A DNA stretch of 64,000 nucleotides from an uncultured Acidobacteriota bacterium (lineage in GTDB: Bacteria; Acidobacteriota; Thermoanaerobaculia; UBA5066; Gp7-AA6): NCBI GenBank assembly GCA_963764715.1, contig CAVXTP010000014.1, positions 64,001 through 128,000 on the forward strand. Reading direction: 5' to 3'. The notes beneath the pieces are model-generated. The model worked only from the letters and a program-made list of their open reading frames with translations. It ran no database searches and was not told the origin of the DNA. The translations under genes and the position numbers were made by a program. Positions 59,204 to 64,000 of this stretch are shown piece after piece; position 1 is the first letter of the stretch, and every line of letters starts with the position of its first letter.

Positions 59204-59309
59204 TGGGACCTCCCGCGGACGGACGGCCGACGGCAGAGGAGACTATAGCCCCGCTCGTCCGCCGTCGGCGGTCCGCGGTCTGAAGCCTGAGTTCTTCGGT
59301 CTCTTCGAC

Positions 59310-59744
59310 CTATTCGTCGCAGTCGGGGCAGCCGAGAAACGGGATGGGGTCCGAGGGCGACGGGTGCGCGTCGCCGGCGATCCCGGCCCACGCGCCGCCG
59401 TGGGCGTGCCAGAGGTAGCACTCCAGGCGGTAGGCCTCGTTCGCGTCGTCGGCCAGGATCCACCCGAAAAGAACGTTGGGAATCGCGCTGCGGGCGTGCT
59501 GGAGGAGCCGCTGGCGAAGGTCGACGTCGTCCCGGCCGACCCTCTCGGAAACCTGGCCGTCGGCGGCCACGCTCTTCAGGAAGAAGACGCCGGGCCGGCC
59601 GGGCGGCACGTTCCGGGCGACGTTCTGCTCGGTCAGCCGGATCGCGGGCTGGATCCGAACGCTCGGCGGAAGACCCGGAAAGAGGGAAAGCTGCGCCGGG
59701 TCGAAGGGTGGAGGTTGCTGGCGTGCGCGCCCGGCGAGCCTCAT
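59310..59744 (-). CDS. Small degenerate GIY-YIG-like protein with a QLSLF motif and terminal CxxC
   Basis: PGVFFL...RVGRDDVDLRQRLLQH...AYRLEC.LWH...HP...CPDC. Confidence 0.65.
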   Translation of the reverse strand: MRLAGRARQQPPPFDPAQLSLFPGLPPSVRIQPAIRLTEQNVARNVPPGRPGVFFLKSVAADGQVSERVGRDDVDLRQRLLQHARSAIPNVLFGWILADDANEAYRLECYLWHAHGGAWAGIAGDAHPSPSDPIPFLGCPDCDE

Positions 59745-59848
59745 CGTTGGGGCCCATTTTAGCAGGCCGGCGCGCGTTTCTCGAACTCCATCCCCGTTTC
59801 CGGCCGCTGGCGCTTGTACAATCGCGGCCGCTTCTACGAGGAGGACCG

Positions 59849-60412
59849 ATGAGACTGAAGACCGTTTCGCTGACGCTTCTCGGCGCCCTGGTGTCGTTCG
59901 GACTTCTGGCCCAGGGCGCGGGCGCGCCCACGGCGGCGCCGAAAGCCGCCGGCGTTCCGGGCGGAGCCGGGGGCACCAAGATCTCGGGAACGATGCGCTG
60001 CGGCAAGACCACGCGCAACGCCGTCGAAGTGGGCGACGAAGCGGGCCACGCCCTCGCGGTCGGGAAGACCCCCTGCACGTGGACCAAGGCGATGACGATC
60101 GGCGGCTCGACGACCAAGGAGGGCACGAGCTCGGCGCTGAGCGACGCACGCGGCGACGTTTCGTCGGATCACGGGTACCACGTCGGAACGATGGCGAACG
60201 GGGACAAGTACTTCGTCCGGTTCGACGGCCGCTCGGAGTCGAGCAAGGGCGCGCTGCAGGGCCAGATCGGGCGCTGGGGCTTCACGGGCGGCACCGGAAA
60301 GCTGACGGGCCTGCAGGGCCGCGGCACCTACAAGACCTCCGCCGCGGCCGCGGACGGATCGACGACCGTCGAGGTCGAAGGCGATTACCGGCTGCCCGAG
60401 CCGTCCAAGTAG
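59849..60412 (+). CDS. Exported beta-rich hypothetical protein
   Basis: Signal peptide; NGDK and W.FTGGTGKL.GL.GRGTY pattern; GAGGAGG SD. Confidence 0.8.
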   Translation: MRLKTVSLTLLGALVSFGLLAQGAGAPTAAPKAAGVPGGAGGTKISGTMRCGKTTRNAVEVGDEAGHALAVGKTPCTWTKAMTIGGSTTKEGTSSALSDARGDVSSDHGYHVGTMANGDKYFVRFDGRSESSKGALQGQIGRWGFTGGTGKLTGLQGRGTYKTSAAAADGSTTVEVEGDYRLPEPSK

Positions 60413-60435
60413 CCGTGACGGCCGTGAGGTCGCGC

Positions 60436-60864
60436 ATGCTCGCGTCGAGGGCTCTGCTTCTTTCCGCCGCTCTCGGGCTCGCTGCCGCCGCGGAGGCGCT
60501 GCCGCCGCCCGGGGCCGGGGAATACGAGATGACGACCTACCAGGTCGCCTTCCTCCGGAAGGGGCCGGCCTGGACGCCCGGCTCGACGCCCGAGCTCGAG
60601 AAGCTCCAGGCCGCCCACCTCGCCCACATCGGAAAGATGGCCGAGAGCGGCAAGCTCATCATCGCCGGGCCCTTCTCCGACGGCGGGGACCTCCGCGGCA
60701 TGTTCATCTTCCGTGTCGACACGCTCGAGGAAGCGAAGGCGCTCGCCGAGCAGGATCCCGCCGTGAAGGCCGGGCGCCTCGTGCTCGAGTGGCATCCGTG
60801 GTTCGCGGCGAAGAACATCGTCGTCACGCCCCGCGCCCAGGCGCCGCCGGCCGCGCACCCTTAG
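60436..60864 (+). CDS. YciI family protein, exported
   Basis: AHLAHI, AGPF, DPAVKAG. Confidence 0.88.
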   Translation: MLASRALLLSAALGLAAAAEALPPPGAGEYEMTTYQVAFLRKGPAWTPGSTPELEKLQAAHLAHIGKMAESGKLIIAGPFSDGGDLRGMFIFRVDTLEEAKALAEQDPAVKAGRLVLEWHPWFAAKNIVVTPRAQAPPAAHP

Positions 60865-60931
60865 CGCCGCGCCGGGGAATCCCCGGAATAGAATTGGCGC
60901 GCGCCCGGGTTGCCGGTGCGCGGAGGTACCC

Positions 60932-61309
60932 ATGCGACCGGCGATCCTGCGGTTTTCACTCGCTCTCTTCGCGGCCTGCGCCGCCGCGGCCGTTTCCGCC
61001 CTTCCGGGCCCGGATGCGCCGCCGACCTGCCCCGCGATCGACCCCCCGGCCGCCCCGGCCGGCGCCGGAGTGCGCGCGTTCGTCGATCCCGTGACACGGA
61101 AGCTCCGGCCGCCGACCGCCGCCCAGAAGCGTCAGCTGGTCGTGCCGGTCCGCGATCGGGCATCCCGAACCTACGCCGTGATCTTTCGGCCGGACGGGTC
61201 GCGCCTCGTCGAGCTCGACGACACGTTTTCGATGAGCGTCGTCGCGACCAGGGCTCCCGACGGCGCGCTCGAGTATCGCTGCGTCAACCGGCCGACCGAG
61301 GAGAAGTGA
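60932..61309 (+). CDS. Small exported protein (post-PEP-CTERM-1-like), partner of the downstream protease
   Basis: RAFVDPVTRKLRPPT...DGS...VVATRAPDG...C; GGAGG SD. Confidence 0.7.
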   Translation: MRPAILRFSLALFAACAAAAVSALPGPDAPPTCPAIDPPAAPAGAGVRAFVDPVTRKLRPPTAAQKRQLVVPVRDRASRTYAVIFRPDGSRLVELDDTFSMSVVATRAPDGALEYRCVNRPTEEK

Positions 61310-62796
61310 CGGTGGCGCGCTTTGACCGGCTCGGCGTCCTGGCGCTCGCCGCGGCGGGGATCCTCGCGGCGGCCCCGGCGCGGCCCGCCGCAGTGATCAC
61401 GGTCGTCAACAACGACGGTCCGGGCGAGGGATTCAACGACGCGACCGCCGCGACCCCGGTCGGCGGCAACACGGGAACGACCGTCGGGCAGCAGCGCCTG
61501 ATCGTCTTCGAGCGGGCGGCCGCGATCTGGGGCGCTCAGCTCGATTCCCCGGTCGAGATCAAGATCCGGGCGACCTTCGATCCGCTGTCGTGCGACGCCA
61601 ACACCGCGACGCTCGGTCAGACCCGCCCCAACACCGTCGTCGCCGACTCGCCGGGAGTGCCTCTCGCGGGCGTGTGGTACCCCGCGGCCCTGGGGAGCCG
61701 GTTCGCGGGCTCGGATGTCGACCCGACCGGCGAAGACATGGTCGCGCAGTTCAACTCGAATCTCGGCCAGGCCGGCTGCCTCGACGGCGTCGGCTGGTAC
61801 TACGGGCTCGACGACAACCACGGCGACCAGATCGACCTCGTCACGGTGCTGCTCCACGAGTTCGCCCACGGCCTCGGCTTCCTGTCGCTCGTCGACGAGT
61901 CGACCGGGGCCGAGTTCCTGAACACCCCCGACATCTTCGAGTCCTTCATCCTGGACACCGAATCCAACAAGCACTGGATCGACATGACGCCGGCCGAGCG
62001 GGCCGTCTCCGCGATCAATACGGGCAATCTCGCCTGGGACGGCGCCAACGGAGTCTCGTTGGCGCCCGAGTATCTCGGCCCGAGTCCCGTGCTGACGGTC
62101 GACTCGCCCACGTCCCTCGCCGGCGACCGACGGGTCGGAACTGCGACGTTCGGGCCGCCCGTGTCCGAGGAGGCCGTGTCGGGGGTCCTCGTCCAGGCCG
62201 CGGATCCGAATGACGTCGCCGGACCCTCGACGACCGACGCCTGCAGCGCGCTGACCAACGCCGCCCCGATGGCCGGCCACGTCGCGATCGTCGACCGCGG
62301 CACCTGCACGTTCGTCTCGAAGGCCGCCAACGTCCAGGCCGCCGGCGCGATCGCGATGGTCGTGGTCGACAACGTCCCCTCGTCCGCGCCGGCCGGGATG
62401 AGCGGAGACGACGCATCCGTCACGATCCCGTCGGTCCGCCTCACCAAGGCCGACGGCGACCTTCTCAAGGAGAACCTGGCCGCCGGAATCGTCGTCTCGC
62501 TGCGCATCAACCCGCGGAGCCTCGCGGGCACCGGGGCGGGCAAGCGGCCGCTCCTCTACGCGCCCGATCCGGACGAGCCGGGCTCGTCGATCTCCCACTG
62601 GGACACGAGCGTGACGCCGAACCTCCTGATGGAGCCGAACATCAACGGCGACCTCGGGCACGACGTCGACCTCACGCTGCCGGTCCTGCGGGACCTCGGC
62701 TGGACGTCGGACGCGGTGCCGCCCCCCGCGCCGCGGTCGGCGCCCGCGCAAACCCCCGCGGACCATTCGACGCGGGCTCTGGCCGAGCGGCCGTAA
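61306..62796 (+). CDS. Exported zinc metalloprotease with an inserted PA domain
   Basis: VLLHEFAHGLGF, VDRGTCTFVSKA, GSSISHWD, LLMEP Met-turn; GTGA overlap. Confidence 0.88.
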   Translation: MTVARFDRLGVLALAAAGILAAAPARPAAVITVVNNDGPGEGFNDATAATPVGGNTGTTVGQQRLIVFERAAAIWGAQLDSPVEIKIRATFDPLSCDANTATLGQTRPNTVVADSPGVPLAGVWYPAALGSRFAGSDVDPTGEDMVAQFNSNLGQAGCLDGVGWYYGLDDNHGDQIDLVTVLLHEFAHGLGFLSLVDESTGAEFLNTPDIFESFILDTESNKHWIDMTPAERAVSAINTGNLAWDGANGVSLAPEYLGPSPVLTVDSPTSLAGDRRVGTATFGPPVSEEAVSGVLVQAADPNDVAGPSTTDACSALTNAAPMAGHVAIVDRGTCTFVSKAANVQAAGAIAMVVVDNVPSSAPAGMSGDDASVTIPSVRLTKADGDLLKENLAAGIVVSLRINPRSLAGTGAGKRPLLYAPDPDEPGSSISHWDTSVTPNLLMEPNINGDLGHDVDLTLPVLRDLGWTSDAVPPPAPRSAPAQTPADHSTRALAERP

Positions 62797-62880
62797 CACG
62801 GCGGTCGCGCTCGGGAGCGCCGGAAGAGGTTCACCTGGAGCTCCGGACCGTGGGGTCGAGCCGGCCCGGGGCGCCCGACG

Positions 62881-63285
62881 TCAGGACGACGCGAGCTTCT
62901 CGATTCCGGCCCACTCCTTGTCGGAGACGGGCATGACCGAGAGACGCGAGATGCGGACCAGCGGGAACTCTCGAAAGGCCGGCGAGGCCTTGATCTCCGC
63001 GAGCGTGACGGGCCGCGCGAGCTTCTTCAGCGGCACGACGTCGACCGCGTACAGCTTTCCGCTCTCGTCCTTCGGATCCGGATAGGCGTCCCCGGCGGCC
63101 TTCGCGGTCCCGACGACGGCCTTCTCGTCTCCCGTGTGGTAGTAGAAGACCCGATCGCCCTTCTTCACCGAACGCAGGTGCTTCTGGGCGAGCGGATTCT
63201 TCACGCCCGTCCAGCTCGTCTTTCCGTCCCGGGCGAAATCATCCCAGGAGTAGTGCGTCGGCTCTTCCTTGAACAAGAAGTTCAT
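62881..63285 (-). CDS. EVE domain protein
   Basis: LFKEEP..YSW, WTGVKN, YYHTG, RLSVMPV. Confidence 0.93.
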   Translation of the reverse strand: MNFLFKEEPTHYSWDDFARDGKTSWTGVKNPLAQKHLRSVKKGDRVFYYHTGDEKAVVGTAKAAGDAYPDPKDESGKLYAVDVVPLKKLARPVTLAEIKASPAFREFPLVRISRLSVMPVSDKEWAGIEKLASS

Positions 63286-63315
63286 TGCGGTCTCCTTACC
63301 TCTTCGCTCCCGGTC

Positions 63316-63367
63316 GTAGGGGCGGCCCTTGTGGCCGCCCGAGGGCGGGGGCGAGCCCCGCCCCTAC
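63316..63367. repeat. GTAG-type REP doublet, copy 5 (complete GTAG...CTAC)
   Basis: GTAGGGGCGGCCCTTGTGGCCGCCC-GA-GGGCGGGGGCGAGCCCCGCCCCTAC. Confidence 0.85.
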
Positions 63368-64000
63368 GAACCGGGGCCCGGCCTCGGCCGGTTCCGGTAC
63401 CTTTCGTACAGCCGTTTCTGCCTGTCCGTCAAATCGAGTGCCCTGCCGTCGACGTACGCGGCGACGACGTGCGATCGCAGGTCGAGGACGTCCCCGTCGG
63501 TCAGGATGAACGTCGCGTCCTTGCCGGCCTCGATCGAGCCGACGCGGCCGTCGACGCCGAGCACCCGGGCGGGCTCGAGCGTCAGCGCGGCGACCGCCTT
63601 CTCGCGCGGGAACCCGTACGCGACGGCCGTGGCGGCGAGCTGCGGGTAGTTCCGGACGTTCGACGCGTCCGAGCCACCGTCGTTGAAGATCACGCGCACG
63701 CCGGCCCGGTCGAGCACGGCCGCGTTGGCGAACTGCACGTCGTACGTCTCGTCCTCGCGTTGCGGCAGGTCGAGCGGCGACTCGACGATGACCGGCACGG
63801 CGGCCGAGGCGAGCTCCCCCGCCATCCGCCACGCGTCGGCGCCTCCCCAGACGACGAGCCGAAGCTTCTCCTCGGCGGCCCACTTCACGGCGTCGCGGAT
63901 CTGGGCCAGCCGCTGCGCATGCACGACGACGGGGATCGCGCGGTCGATCGCCGGCAACAGCGCGGCGAGCTTCGGGTCGAAGTCGTGCTTCGGGACCCCG
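63364..64000 (-). CDS. Amidohydrolase family protein, 3' part; start lies outside the window
   Basis: ALTLEPARVLG, VGSIEAGKDATF, GDVLD; the stop codon falls in the REP GTAG. Confidence 0.85.
   Translation of the reverse strand, partial: GVPKHDFDPKLAALLPAIDRAIPVVVHAQRLAQIRDAVKWAAEEKLRLVVWGGADAWRMAGELASAAVPVIVESPLDLPQREDETYDVQFANAAVLDRAGVRVIFNDGGSDASNVRNYPQLAATAVAYGFPREKAVAALTLEPARVLGVDGRVGSIEAGKDATFILTDGDVLDLRSHVVAAYVDGRALDLTDRQKRLYERYRNRPRPGPGS

Overview
High-GC (roughly 70% by eye) bacterial chromosome segment. An Acidobacteriota origin is inferred from the VWA-domain protein and the Ser/Thr kinase-TolB propeller fusions. The left part holds glmS-glmU and mixed housekeeping or secreted-protein genes. 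The centre is a complete membrane-bound group 1 [NiFe]-hydrogenase operon (small, large, cytochrome b, protease, cytochrome c, hypFCDE, two extra genes, hypAB, Ni transporter). The two extra genes encode a PurN-like formyltransferase and a crotonase-fold protein with a HypX-like Tyr/Glu motif. They look like a two-gene, possibly non-orthologous HypX-type CO-ligand synthesis module, which is the strongest candidate for an undescribed system here. Other notable items: an orphan phage tail-tube (gp19-like) protein carrying a signal peptide; an M4/M36-like protease coupled to a tandem Trypco-like exported protein; a three-copy structured repeat with compensatory base changes sitting directly after stop codons; GTAG-REP elements; a palindrome shared by two hydrogenase-linked promoters; and an arsenic-resistance cluster. 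Several frameshifts between 33.8 and 46.2 kb are probably assembly indels. No rRNA, tRNA, CRISPR array or transposase was seen. All family assignments come from motif recognition by eye, not from database searches.
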